Source of the DNA: an uncultured Latescibacterota bacterium
Lineage (GTDB): Bacteria > Latescibacterota > UBA2968
DNA: 64,000 bases
Assembly: GCA_958295785.1 (NCBI GenBank)
Contig: OY282377.1
Coordinates: forward strand, 3,418,052-3,482,051
Direction of reading: 5' to 3'
This document shows positions 47,204 to 57,119 of this stretch, one piece after another. Numbering within the stretch: the stretch's first letter is position 1; each line of letters starts with the position of its first letter. The translations under genes were made by a program, and so were the position numbers. The notes under the pieces are model-generated. The model worked only from the letters and a program-made list of their open reading frames with translations, was not told the origin of the DNA and searched no databases.

Positions 47204-47694
47204 TACTAAATTGATTTTCTGTTGCCCTGATGCGATATGTCACCCGCAAATGATCCCTTTGACGTTACCCAATCATTCAGAGAAGCCATGGCAACAAGCC
47301 CATCCCAAAAGACCATCAGACAAAACCATCACGCACAGCGCGCAAGGCCGCTCGCAACCCACAGCCATGATGCAACCCACCTTGCAGGCCAGCGCATGTC
47401 GTAGTGCGACAAAAGCGATTTGCGCTGTGCCAGCCTCTCGGCGCATGAGAGCGGCATTTTTGAACTGCTAAGGCAGTTGTACCCCGCTCGCCTACTTTTT
47501 TTTGCTGTTGAAAAAAAGTAGGGCGCCGCACGCCGTAGGCACAGGCGTAGCCAACGCATCACAGGCAACAAACGATGCTGTAGGGCCAAACGCTTTAGAC
47601 AAGCAACGCCTGAGTGCTACGGAGCGTCTGTTCCCCATTTCTCATTCATCCCTGATGGGAGGCAGGATACGGACAAATAAAAGTCAAATTGGTT
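47204..47694. mobile_element. ~490-bp MITE-like element (copy 2, inverted relative to copy 1)
   Basis: Starts TACTAAATTGATTTT and ends with the degenerate AAAGTCAAATTGGTT; colinear with 385-855. Confidence 0.75.
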
Positions 47695-47700
47695 AAGATG

Positions 47701-48711
47701 CTATTCCCACGGGTGAAGCACGATCTTTGCGGCTTTGCCGGCGGCCAAAAGACCGAATGCTTCTTGGATGTTGCTCATCGGCATGACGTGGCTGATCAAT
47801 TTGTCGATGAGGGGGGATTCGGCGATCACTTGCATCACGCCTTCGTAGTCGCGGATGTTGTAGAGCCATGTTCCGCACACTTGCAACCCCTTGCGGATCA
47901 GGTCGTTGCTCACTGTGATCGGCAGTTCATGGGCACACTCGCCGACGAACGCCACGCGGCCGCGTCGCCGCACCGCGTCTATGCACAGCCGCTCGCCGGG
48001 CACAGAGCCAGAGCAATCGACCGCGCAATCAACGCCGCGACCGCCGGTCAGTTCGCGGATGTGCGCGAGCGGATCATCTGACGGATGTAGCACCACTTCT
48101 GCACCCAATTCGCGCCCGAGCGCGGCGCGCCACGGCGCCGGTTCCACGGCCAGCACGCGCGCGCCTCGGAACCGGGCGTTGATGATGCCGCCGAGGCCCA
48201 CCGGCCCAAGCCCTGTGATCAGCACCGTATCAAAAGCCCCTATGCCTATCGCCTGCATGCCGCCAAAGGACGCGCCGATGCCGTCAATTGCCATCGTCGC
48301 CTGTTCGTAGGTGACGCGCTCTGGAATCGGCAACAACAGCCATGAGGGTTTGACGACGTAGTGGGCAAACGCGCCGCTGCCCTCGCGGGTGCCGGTAAAC
48401 GCGGCGAAGTCATAACTGTTTTCGCAGTAGATATAGTCGCCCGCGCGGCACAGGGCGCAAGTCCCGCACGAGTATTGGGGCATCACCGTGACCCGGTCGC
48501 CCACCTTCACGCGCCCCGGTTGCGCCATTGCCACCACTTCGCCGGCGCCCTCGTGCCCGATCACGTTTCGGCGGTCACCAGCCAGCCACGCCTTGTATTC
48601 GGTACACATCGCCGAGGCGTGTACCTTCACCACGGCCCAGTCCTCTTTTGGCTCTGGCACGGGCGCAGGCACCACATCTGCCTGCCGCTTGCCAATGATC
48701 CTCGCTTTCAT
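47701..48711 (-). CDS. Zinc-dependent alcohol/polyol dehydrogenase (MDR)
   Basis: GHEGAGEV, CGTCALC..C and GLGPVG. Confidence 0.92.
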   Translation of the reverse strand: MKARIIGKRQADVVPAPVPEPKEDWAVVKVHASAMCTEYKAWLAGDRRNVIGHEGAGEVVAMAQPGRVKVGDRVTVMPQYSCGTCALCRAGDYIYCENSYDFAAFTGTREGSGAFAHYVVKPSWLLLPIPERVTYEQATMAIDGIGASFGGMQAIGIGAFDTVLITGLGPVGLGGIINARFRGARVLAVEPAPWRAALGRELGAEVVLHPSDDPLAHIRELTGGRGVDCAVDCSGSVPGERLCIDAVRRRGRVAFVGECAHELPITVSNDLIRKGLQVCGTWLYNIRDYEGVMQVIAESPLIDKLISHVMPMSNIQEAFGLLAAGKAAKIVLHPWE

Positions 48712-48740
48712 ACCTTTCTTCCTCGGGCGCAATGGGTGAC

Positions 48741-49469
48741 TCAATATCGCCAATTTTCATGGGCGAGCGGCGCGCGATTGAGTTCGTCTCTGTATAAATG
48801 CCATTGGGGCATCAGGGCATCCATCAGCGCACGGAAACGCGCATTGTGGTGTCGTTCCAAGAAATGGACCATCTCGTGGACGAGAATGTACGCCAAGCAC
48901 GAGGGCGGCTTCTTGACCAGTTCGAGATTCAGCCAAACGCGCCCGGCACGCGCGTTGCAGGATCCCCAGCGGGTCTTCATCCTTTTGATACGCACGTCAT
49001 TGACAATCACGCCAACCCTCGCTTCCCACTTGGCGACGAGTGCGGGCAACGCGCCGCGGAGTTGGCCGCGATACCAGCCATACAGTACGGCCTCTCGCGT
49101 ATCTCGGTCGTTGCCCCGGCGAACGCGCAATTCCATGGTGGCGTTATTGGGCAAACGCACCGCCGGCGGGCCATTGTGTTCAATAATGTCGATCCGATAG
49201 CGTCGGCCCCAAAAATAATGGCTTTCGCCGGTTATGAACTCCCGTTGAGACTGGCGATCCTGTTGCGCGAACTCGGCCTGCTGCCGGCGAATCCACCCCA
49301 AGCGCGAAATGATGGCCAGGCGCACGGCGTCATCGTCGAGGCGCAGCGGCGAGGCCACCCGCACGCGACCGGTTGGCGGATAAACGCCCACATGCAAATT
49401 CTTAATGTCTTTGCGAACGATCTCCACAGAGATGCCACGCACATCGATATATCGCCGATCAGTAGTCAT
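48741..49469 (-). CDS. M48/YgjP (DUF45) zinc metallopeptidase typically downstream of hsdR
   Basis: MKTRWGSC and HEMVH..H (HExxH). Confidence 0.9.
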   Translation of the reverse strand: MTTDRRYIDVRGISVEIVRKDIKNLHVGVYPPTGRVRVASPLRLDDDAVRLAIISRLGWIRRQQAEFAQQDRQSQREFITGESHYFWGRRYRIDIIEHNGPPAVRLPNNATMELRVRRGNDRDTREAVLYGWYRGQLRGALPALVAKWEARVGVIVNDVRIKRMKTRWGSCNARAGRVWLNLELVKKPPSCLAYILVHEMVHFLERHHNARFRALMDALMPQWHLYRDELNRAPLAHENWRY

Positions 49470-52400
49470 CTCGCGCCTTTACAATCTTGAATATCGCCTT
49501 TGCGAGACACTCGTCTCCCCCGAGCTCCGACTTGATGGCTTTGCAGATGCGCCGTTCCTTGAACGTGTTTCCCCTCCAGTCCGCCATCATGGTGCCACGA
49601 ACCGCAATGTCGATAGCCAAGGCCGTTGTTTCGGCCGTACTGGCGGCGGTATCGGCGACCCGCTCTCGGCGCACGAGTTGGTCTAAGCCCTCGACGTCCT
49701 TCAAGTTGTCGTACAGGGCGCGATGGGCGCGGGTCCGCAGGGCAATCGGGTATGCCCCGTGCTCCGGCTGGCTCACCTGTTTCGCCAACGCGACGATCCG
49801 CGCCAGATAGGCTTTGTAATCTATGGCCGCCTGCTTGCGTTGACAGATCAGGGCGTCGAGCAAGGCCGACATTTTCTCGTAGTACTTTGGGTTGACGGCC
49901 GTCTCGTCGATGATGATTCGCCGCACATTGTTCTCGATAGTCTCGGCCATTGCTTCTCGATTCTCGCGAATGCCCGCGGGCAAGGACGCCAGCGCGTTCT
50001 CCCCGCGCTTGGCGATCAGTTGCACGAGCGTCTGATTGTCGAATGTGGAGATCTGCGCGGTCTCCTCGGCCCGGATGTACATGTCGAGCAAATCCCTCAT
50101 CGCCGGTTCGTACATCTTCAGGTCGATATAGTCGCCGCTGGCGAGCTTGACCTCTGCACGCACCTTTTCGCAGTGGGCCACCTCGTCTTTGATCGCCCGC
50201 GCCTCGGCGTCGGCATAGCCTGCCTCTCGCATCTCGTTGGCCAAATTGGCGTAGGCGCGCAGGAACGATCCGACGAGTTTGTAGAGCGTCACGCGCTTGC
50301 GCTCGTTGTCCTTGCGTTGCTCGCCACTTTCCGCAACGCAGAAGAAGCGCAGATAGGCCGCCGTATCGCGCGGGGGCGCGACCGGCTCGCACAGCGCCGC
50401 GATCTCCTCGCGGACTTCCTCGAGTCGCTCCCGCCCCTTTTGCAATCGATCCTCGAGCAATCCCCTGACGTCTTCCGCGTCATAGCCATCAAACGCCTCG
50501 CCGGTATAATCGCCGATAGCCTGCTCGAGCGACCGGAACAGATCCTTGTAGTCGATGACGTAGCCGTATTCCTTGTCTTCGCCATGCAGGCGGTTGACCC
50601 GGCAGATCGCTTGGAACAAGCCGTGGTCGCGCATTTGCTTGTCGATGTAGAGATAGGTCGCGGGCGGGGCGTCAAAGCCGGTCAGCAACTTATCCACCAC
50701 GATCAGGAGTTTCATCAGCCTCGGCTCTTCGACGAATCGCTTTTTCACCTCCCGCTCGAATTGCTCCACCCTGTACATCGCCGCGTCTTCCGACGCGTTG
50801 AAGTGCGCCGCGAGCATCTTCCGGTAGATGTCGTATTGGCGCAATTTCTCGGTGAGGCCCTCGCCGGACTCTTCGCCCTTGATGTCCGACACTGCCGGTT
50901 TGTAAGACGTAACGATGGCGCACTTGCCCGCCAAGTCGGTTTGCTGAAACAACTCGAAGAGGCGACAGGCCGAATAGATGCTGTTTGAGACGAGCAGGGC
51001 GTTGCCGCGACCGCTCTTGAGCCGATCTCGCGTTTCCATGTCGAACAGGATGTCGGCGACGATCTTCTCCAGTCGCCCCCGCGAACTCATCACCTTTTGC
51101 ATCGTGCCCCAGCGTTGCTTGAGTTGGGCCTTTGCGATATCGGTCAATCCTCGGGTCTTGCTCTCGAACCACTGATCGATCTTGGCCTGCGACGCGATGT
51201 TCTGATCGATGTCGCGCGCCTCGTAGCGCAGGTCGAGGACGACGCGATCATGCACGGCCTCGTCGTATTTGTAGGTGTGGATGTACGGCCCGAAGGTCTC
51301 GATGCTGCGCTGCTTGTCGTCCTTGAGCAACGGCGTCCCGGTGAAGCCGATCAGCGTCGCCGCAGGCAACAGTTCTTTCATCGCCGCGTGGAGCTTGCCC
51401 GACTGGGTGCGATGGCATTCATCCACAAAGACGAACAACTCGCCTTTGGCGCGAAATCCCGCCGGCAAATTGTTGCGAATTTCTTTGAGGAATGCGTCGA
51501 GGTCGCCATCTTCCGACGCGCCAAACTTGTGGATCAACGAGCAGATCAGCCATTCGTCGCCCACGTTGAGCACGCGCGCCAGATCGGCACCGCTCGTCGT
51601 GCGATAGATGTTCTCGCTGACGCCCTTGAAGACCCTTTCGATCTGCTCGTCCAGTTCAGTGCGGTCCGTGACGATCAGCACCCTGCCATCGGTTACGCGC
51701 TCGCGGATCCACTTTGCCAGCCAGACCATCGTCAGGCTTTTGCCGCTGCCTTGGGTGTGCCAGATGATGCCGCCCTCGCGATGCTGAACGCGCTGTTGTG
51801 CGGCCCACACCCCGAAATACTGATTGTGGCGGCAGGTCTTTTTGCCGCCTGAATCAAAGACCGTGAAGTCGTGCGCGATCTCCAGCAACCGCTCCTTGCT
51901 GCAAAGTTGACTCAGTTCCCGCAACAACGGGTTGTCGCCTGCGTCTAAGTGGGCGTCTGTTTCTTTCCAGCGCAGATAGTATTTCTCCTGTGTCTTGATC
52001 ACGCCATAGCGCAACCCTTCGGTTTCGTTGCCGGCCAGCACGAGTTGAACCGTGGTGTAGAACGGGCGGATGAATTCTTTTTTCTGGCTGTCGAGGTGTT
52101 GCCGAATGCCCTCGGCCACCGATACTGTGGACCGCTTCAACTCCAGCACGCCCAAGGCGATGCCGTTGACGTAGAGCACGAGGTCGGGCCGTCTGGCGTT
52201 CTCTCCGGCAATGGTAACCTCCTCGGCGATAGCAAAGGCGTTGTTGCCCGGGTTTGACCAGTCGATCAGATAGACGGTCTGGGTTTGCCCGCCGACGTTT
52301 GGACGCACCTTGACGCCGTATCGGAGCAGGCCATACACCTCGCGGTTGGCGTCGTAGAGCGTTTTGTTGATGCCGAGTGCCGCGTCCAATTTGTGCAATG

Positions 52401-52584
52401 CCTTGTCAATGGCTTTGTCGCCATGCCCTTGGCGCTTCAGCCAGTCGGTGAGCAACGCCTTCTCGACATTGGCGTTGTCGCGCCGACCCTTCCAGTTGCC
52501 GAGGTAGGCATAGCCGAGCGCGTCTTGAAAGAACGCGACCACGCGCCGTTGTGTAAAAATTTCTTTTTGACCAACTGTGCTCAT
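49459..52584 (-). CDS. hsdR: Type I restriction enzyme R subunit
   Basis: RPD.VLYVNG...ELK, WHTQGSGKS, DECHR, GFTGTP, LLTGFD and QAICRVNR. Confidence 0.95.
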   Translation of the reverse strand: MSTVGQKEIFTQRRVVAFFQDALGYAYLGNWKGRRDNANVEKALLTDWLKRQGHGDKAIDKALHKLDAALGINKTLYDANREVYGLLRYGVKVRPNVGGQTQTVYLIDWSNPGNNAFAIAEEVTIAGENARRPDLVLYVNGIALGVLELKRSTVSVAEGIRQHLDSQKKEFIRPFYTTVQLVLAGNETEGLRYGVIKTQEKYYLRWKETDAHLDAGDNPLLRELSQLCSKERLLEIAHDFTVFDSGGKKTCRHNQYFGVWAAQQRVQHREGGIIWHTQGSGKSLTMVWLAKWIRERVTDGRVLIVTDRTELDEQIERVFKGVSENIYRTTSGADLARVLNVGDEWLICSLIHKFGASEDGDLDAFLKEIRNNLPAGFRAKGELFVFVDECHRTQSGKLHAAMKELLPAATLIGFTGTPLLKDDKQRSIETFGPYIHTYKYDEAVHDRVVLDLRYEARDIDQNIASQAKIDQWFESKTRGLTDIAKAQLKQRWGTMQKVMSSRGRLEKIVADILFDMETRDRLKSGRGNALLVSNSIYSACRLFELFQQTDLAGKCAIVTSYKPAVSDIKGEESGEGLTEKLRQYDIYRKMLAAHFNASEDAAMYRVEQFEREVKKRFVEEPRLMKLLIVVDKLLTGFDAPPATYLYIDKQMRDHGLFQAICRVNRLHGEDKEYGYVIDYKDLFRSLEQAIGDYTGEAFDGYDAEDVRGLLEDRLQKGRERLEEVREEIAALCEPVAPPRDTAAYLRFFCVAESGEQRKDNERKRVTLYKLVGSFLRAYANLANEMREAGYADAEARAIKDEVAHCEKVRAEVKLASGDYIDLKMYEPAMRDLLDMYIRAEETAQISTFDNQTLVQLIAKRGENALASLPAGIRENREAMAETIENNVRRIIIDETAVNPKYYEKMSALLDALICQRKQAAIDYKAYLARIVALAKQVSQPEHGAYPIALRTRAHRALYDNLKDVEGLDQLVRRERVADTAASTAETTALAIDIAVRGTMMADWRGNTFKERRICKAIKSELGGDECLAKAIFKIVKARDDY

Positions 52585-54263
52585 TGCTCTGCCTTTCCCA
52601 TTTTCAAGGTCGCCAACGCGGCCTTTCCCCCGTCCGTCAGGCGGTACTTCTGCAAGGGGCTTCTCGGCTTGTCGGGGATTGTCTTTTCCAGTAATCCTTC
52701 ATGTAGGAGGCGTGCAAGCCGCTGTTCGAAAGTACGCGTTCGGCCAGAATAGCCCGCGGCGACTTGCAACTCCTTGCTCGTAGCCGGTGTTTCAATACAC
52801 GCTTGTAACATGGCTGAATCTCTAGGTTCCAATTCAGCTTGCACCCCTGCTTGCACCCTATCTTGACCTTCTTGCACCCCTGCTTGCACCCTATCTTGAC
52901 CTTCTTGCACCCCTGCTTGGCCCCTGCTTGGCCCATTGGCCCCTGCTTGGCCTCTATCTTGACCAGCTTGCCCTTCAGCTTGCCCCCCAACTTGCCCCCC
53001 ATCTTGCACCCTCGCATGTCCCGAATTCGGCTCCTCCATAACCCGCCCTGCGAGTGCCTTTCGCCGAATCGTTGTGACGAACCCATCGGTAACGGCAAAT
53101 TCAGGTTCTGATAAACCGGCCCCGACACAGCGGCGGATCATGTCCAGCGTTCCGGTTCCCATTCCTTCAATGTATTCGGCGAGATACAGAGACTCGGCCA
53201 GCAAGGGGTTGCCCGGTAAAGAATTGTGCGGCTCGCGTAGCTTTTCGAGGGTCAACGGGGGCGACAGCCTGCCGGGGTTGCGGACCTCTAAGCGGTCGGC
53301 GAACAGCATCACCTGTACGCTGCCGTTGCTCGTGTAGTCGCGGTGCGCCACCGCGTTGACAATGGCCTCGGTCACAACTTCCTTGGGCATCTCGTAGGTT
53401 ACGGGTGCGCGGACGCTCTCGGCACGGGTGCCGACGTGCAACGCGATCTTGCTCAACACGAAATCCACCGCGTGATCGACCAACTCGAACGCCGTGCCCT
53501 TATAGACTTGGTAGGACGGAATCGGCTTGGCGACCTCGGTTCCATGGAAGTGGGCGCATTTGACCTCGGAGGAGATCAAAAACCGCTGCGGCGATTTTCC
53601 GAACAACAACACCGCAGCATGGGTCAGCCGCCCGTCGTTCAGCAGGTTCAGATGGGCCAGCAACTCCTCGGGCGATGCTTCTTCGGCCAAGGGGAACTGC
53701 CGGACACTACGCGCTCGGCGAATGAACCAACGCATTCGCTCACTATCGAGATCGTCCAGTGTCGCTCTCGGGCAGGCAACCGCGTCGAATGGCCCCCTGC
53801 GGATCAATTCCGCGTTCTCCAGATACTCCACCAACGCGGCGTAGAGTTCGGTTTTCAGGTCTTCGGGGGTGTTGAACCGCTTTCGTATCAGCCCGGCTTG
53901 GGCCTTGCCGATCAGTGCCCGCATTTTGGGATGCCGGGCGCCGTCATCCGCCCCCTTGACGAAGATCAAGCGGTGGATGCCGAGGGCACTCGCATGGTCG
54001 AACTCCCGTTCTGTCGGCGCAACGCCGGCTTCATCCTCGCCGCCATAGCCCCAGCCGAACAATCCCACATAGACATCGCACCGCTCGACTTCGTCCAGAT
54101 AAAGCGCGTCGGGCCGTTGGTTAGAGGCCGGGGCGTCCTCGAACAGGAACACGTCGAAAAATCGCCGCAAAAGCGCATCGCCGCGAACATAGTCGCGCAA
54201 CGCCGCTCGCTCTTGGGCGAACTCGCTCTGTACGCTGCTGATGAATAGACGGAGGGGGGGCAT
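52581..54263 (-). CDS. DUF4062 domain + RecG-C/HATPase_c_4-like domain + C-terminal wHTH
   Basis: LFISSVQSEFAQER..PTEREF; EAIVNAVAHRDY..NPG..GTG; Q/G-rich linker with a 33-bp tandem repeat (52838-52918); PDKPRSPLQKYRLT. Confidence 0.8.
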   Translation of the reverse strand: MPPLRLFISSVQSEFAQERAALRDYVRGDALLRRFFDVFLFEDAPASNQRPDALYLDEVERCDVYVGLFGWGYGGEDEAGVAPTEREFDHASALGIHRLIFVKGADDGARHPKMRALIGKAQAGLIRKRFNTPEDLKTELYAALVEYLENAELIRRGPFDAVACPRATLDDLDSERMRWFIRRARSVRQFPLAEEASPEELLAHLNLLNDGRLTHAAVLLFGKSPQRFLISSEVKCAHFHGTEVAKPIPSYQVYKGTAFELVDHAVDFVLSKIALHVGTRAESVRAPVTYEMPKEVVTEAIVNAVAHRDYTSNGSVQVMLFADRLEVRNPGRLSPPLTLEKLREPHNSLPGNPLLAESLYLAEYIEGMGTGTLDMIRRCVGAGLSEPEFAVTDGFVTTIRRKALAGRVMEEPNSGHARVQDGGQVGGQAEGQAGQDRGQAGANGPSRGQAGVQEGQDRVQAGVQEGQDRVQAGVQAELEPRDSAMLQACIETPATSKELQVAAGYSGRTRTFEQRLARLLHEGLLEKTIPDKPRSPLQKYRLTDGGKAALATLKMGKAEQ

Positions 54264-54275
54264 GCTTTGAGCCTT

Positions 54276-55052
54276 TCATTCGGCAATGCTCTCTCGCAGA
54301 AATTGCGCGATTCTGTCTTGGTTCGCGGTTATGCTGGAAAACTGCTTTTCGCCTAAGTTGCTGAAGCGTGCCAGCACTTTTCGACTGATGGACTCCTGAT
54401 CCTCAAAAATGGCTAGGGAGCGGAACGGGATGCCCCACTTCTCGAACTGAAGTAGCGCAATCGTGGCATCGCGGGTCCTGCCGTCGCCCGTAAGGGCATG
54501 GACGAAAAGGGGTCGGGGCATACCATTGATTCGGCAATCCACCGTGTACATCTTTTGGGGGTCGCGTTTGGGATCGTTCCAGTCAAAAACCCTGCGCTTT
54601 TCCGGGATGACTTCACACAACAGTGCCCGAAAGTCATCCATGAAAGTGGATCGAACCCGTTCTCTCGACAGATACGACACGTCGGAGACCTTGAGAAGTG
54701 CTTGCACAAAAGAATACAGCGCGTCGCCGTAACGCCCGTCCGGCACATCGAGCAACAACTCTCCGTCTCGGTCCTCGACCTGAAACGTGGACAGCGCATT
54801 GGAGATGATCTTCTGACGTGTGCCGCTGTGAAGATCTCTCTCGTCAATGTCGTAGGTGAGGTGCATGTAGGTGTGCGCCTCGTCGGACAGCACCCATCGC
54901 ATCCCTTTCTTCTTCAAGACGATAGACAGGTGGTCGCCATCTTCAAACAGGAAGGGCGTGAACACGCGAAAGCGTTCCATTCCCTCGCCTGCGAGCCGAA
55001 TCTTTGCCGAAATTTTTTTGCGAAATTCTCGCTCTATGGTCTCGATAGACAT
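54276..55052 (-). CDS. DUF1828-like protein
   Basis: TPFLFEDGDHLSIV...LSDEAHT N-terminal pattern. Confidence 0.7.
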   Translation of the reverse strand: MSIETIEREFRKKISAKIRLAGEGMERFRVFTPFLFEDGDHLSIVLKKKGMRWVLSDEAHTYMHLTYDIDERDLHSGTRQKIISNALSTFQVEDRDGELLLDVPDGRYGDALYSFVQALLKVSDVSYLSRERVRSTFMDDFRALLCEVIPEKRRVFDWNDPKRDPQKMYTVDCRINGMPRPLFVHALTGDGRTRDATIALLQFEKWGIPFRSLAIFEDQESISRKVLARFSNLGEKQFSSITANQDRIAQFLRESIAE

Positions 55053-55055
55053 AAC

Positions 55056-55538
55056 CTACCACTCCTTAAAAAGATTGCCTTGCGATTCGGGCGGCACCTC
55101 AAAATTCGCGTCGTCAATCAGACAGTCAAGGGCACCGTTATAGTCGGCGTAGCGGTCAGTTGATTTAGCGTAGGTATCTTCCCGCGCTCCTCTTTGCTGA
55201 TACCGTTCCGTTGCAAAGTGTATGTGAAAATCATAGAACGTCTCATTTTCGATACGGTTGGTATGCTCGTGGCTCTTGCCATTGTAGCGGCGAAGGCGAA
55301 ATAGTTGGTTGGATTGGGGAACTTGAACAGCCAAGATGACGGAAAAGTCAAGTTGATTGATGCTGTTTTGCCTGAGAATGAGGCGAAATTCGTTCCCTGT
55401 CGCACCAACCAGATCTAGGTGTCTTTCCTTGTGGCCGCGCTTAGTTCTTAGAGATATCCGGTTGCGCCAGTCGGTCGGCAAAGGCTTGCGTTCCTGTAAC
55501 AACGACGCAATGTCTCGGTCTGAGTACGTAACTGCCAT
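55056..55538 (-). CDS. His-rich hypothetical protein (DUF6978-like)
   Basis: LRRYNG..HEHTN...FHIH; stop 3 bp from the DUF1828-like start. Confidence 0.65.
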   Translation of the reverse strand: MAVTYSDRDIASLLQERKPLPTDWRNRISLRTKRGHKERHLDLVGATGNEFRLILRQNSINQLDFSVILAVQVPQSNQLFRLRRYNGKSHEHTNRIENETFYDFHIHFATERYQQRGAREDTYAKSTDRYADYNGALDCLIDDANFEVPPESQGNLFKEW

Positions 55539-55541
55539 GGG

Positions 55542-56810
55542 TTACTCCGATTTGACCAGCCGAATCCGTCCCGTGAGAAGTTGTTGCATCATCCCCTGCT
55601 TGACAGCGCGGGTCTTATCTCGGCGTCGCTCCAGCGCGGCGATCTCGGCGTCCATGTCGGAGAGGATGGCGGCGATGGCGGCCTGCTCATTTTCGTCGCT
55701 AGGAACACGGAGACGGAACTGTTCTACTTGTTCCGAGTTCGCTGCAGTAAATGTACTACCCTGCTCGAGAATCTGCCAACGCCCCTCGGCATGGACCAGA
55801 GCATGGAATAGAAACGCACAGTCCCCGACCGGCTTCAATCCACAAACTCCACGTCCAAGACATGCTTCCTTTTTCGCAATCGCAATAGTTCCGACAGGAG
55901 CCCGAACCGTAAGAATCAGGTCGTCCGCATCACAGTGCTTGCTTGCCTGTGTTGTCCACACGCGGTCAATCGTCTTTCTGTCCTCAATGTCTGCATTTCC
56001 TTGAATCAATGGAAGACCCAAGCCTCGTAGGTTGTAGAACTTAGAAGGCGGTGATTGTCCCATAGTAAGAGCCGCAAGATCAACGAGCGGCTTCTCAGCC
56101 CACGCCCCACTGAACCCCGGCAGGCGCGTCTTGCCGGTGAGAAGTTGCTGCATGGCGGCCTGCTTAATGGCCTGCTTCTTGGCGATCAGTGCCTCCAATG
56201 ACCGGAGCAGGCCGTCCACATCCGACAACGCCTCGGCGATGGCGCGTTGTTCTCTGATAGGCGGCAGTGGTATGCAAACATCCCTAAGTGCTCGCTTCGA
56301 TATGCCAAAGACTTTTAGACCGGTGGCAAGCCGACGCAACTGCATCTTCACGGGTGCTTTTTCGAGAAGATAGCCGCGATAGCCGTCACGAGTTTTCTTG
56401 TTCTTTGCCCTCAAAAGGAGCGTGTGCAGTCCTGAAACTGCTTCAGTCGCTCCAAGATTGCGAACTTCCACGCTTTTTCCGACACCGGCCTCGTCTTCGG
56501 AAGCATCCGCGACAATTAGATCGCCATCACGAAGGCGAGTAGCTGTGACACTTTTGTTAGCCAAAAGATGCGGCACTTCGTCACGAAAAAAATCTATGAA
56601 GTGATGAAAGCGGGTATGAATGTCACCGTAATGCACATACAACACAGTGCCAGTATGGCCTAGGTCGGCTCTTGAATTGGAGGCGGTATGCAGATAGTCG
56701 AAAAGCTCGCCAATGGAAAACACAGACCAATCATTGGGGATTACGCCTACTGTTGTCTGTTTGTAGCCCACTGGCGGCCTTTGCTGAACAGAAAATTCTT
56801 TCATTTTCAT
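55542..56810 (-). CDS. hsdS: Type I R-M specificity subunit
   Basis: GVIPNDW; two TRDs; repeated EQ.AIA..LSD.D...KQ..MQQLLTG conserved regions. Confidence 0.93.
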   Translation of the reverse strand: MKMKEFSVQQRPPVGYKQTTVGVIPNDWSVFSIGELFDYLHTASNSRADLGHTGTVLYVHYGDIHTRFHHFIDFFRDEVPHLLANKSVTATRLRDGDLIVADASEDEAGVGKSVEVRNLGATEAVSGLHTLLLRAKNKKTRDGYRGYLLEKAPVKMQLRRLATGLKVFGISKRALRDVCIPLPPIREQRAIAEALSDVDGLLRSLEALIAKKQAIKQAAMQQLLTGKTRLPGFSGAWAEKPLVDLAALTMGQSPPSKFYNLRGLGLPLIQGNADIEDRKTIDRVWTTQASKHCDADDLILTVRAPVGTIAIAKKEACLGRGVCGLKPVGDCAFLFHALVHAEGRWQILEQGSTFTAANSEQVEQFRLRVPSDENEQAAIAAILSDMDAEIAALERRRDKTRAVKQGMMQQLLTGRIRLVKSE

Positions 56811-56833
56811 GTCACCCCATCTTCTCTAAGTGC
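56811..56833 (-). repeat. hsdM 3'-end repeat, short copy 3, abutting the hsdS start
   Basis: GTCACCCCATCTTCTCTAAGTG versus GTCACCCCCATCTTCTCCAAGTG at 58060. Confidence 0.7.
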
Positions 56834-56891
56834 CGGTATATCACATTTATAGCTTCCAGCAGATTGATACCGCGTCCACTTTCACCCAGTA

Positions 56892-57113
56892 TCAATCTCT
56901 TTCCCGCGACGCGCTGACGGCATCCAGAATGTCCCCCGTGGTGGCCCGTGTGTTGACACCCGGTACGTCAAACGGCGATTCGGTTGCACTTTCCTTGGCC
57001 TTGACAGAAAAAACGCTCCCGTCTTTAGTGCGAATTTCCACTTCTTCTTTCTGTGCAAGAGTGAGCAGACGGGCCAGATTTTGGCGTGCTTCCAAATAGG
57101 TAAATGTCTTCAT
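56892..57113 (-). CDS. Phd/YefM-like antitoxin
   Basis: MKTFTYLEARQNLARLL...EVEIRTKDG. Confidence 0.8.
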   Translation of the reverse strand: MKTFTYLEARQNLARLLTLAQKEEVEIRTKDGSVFSVKAKESATESPFDVPGVNTRATTGDILDAVSASRERD

Positions 57114-57119
57114 GGGCGA

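Noticed and set aside
47088-47471. 127-aa ORF
   Set aside because: Overlaps the tRNA, its terminator and the repeat element.
55545-56260. Internal repeat within hsdS
   Set aside because: These are the normal duplicated conserved regions of HsdS, not a shuffling signal.
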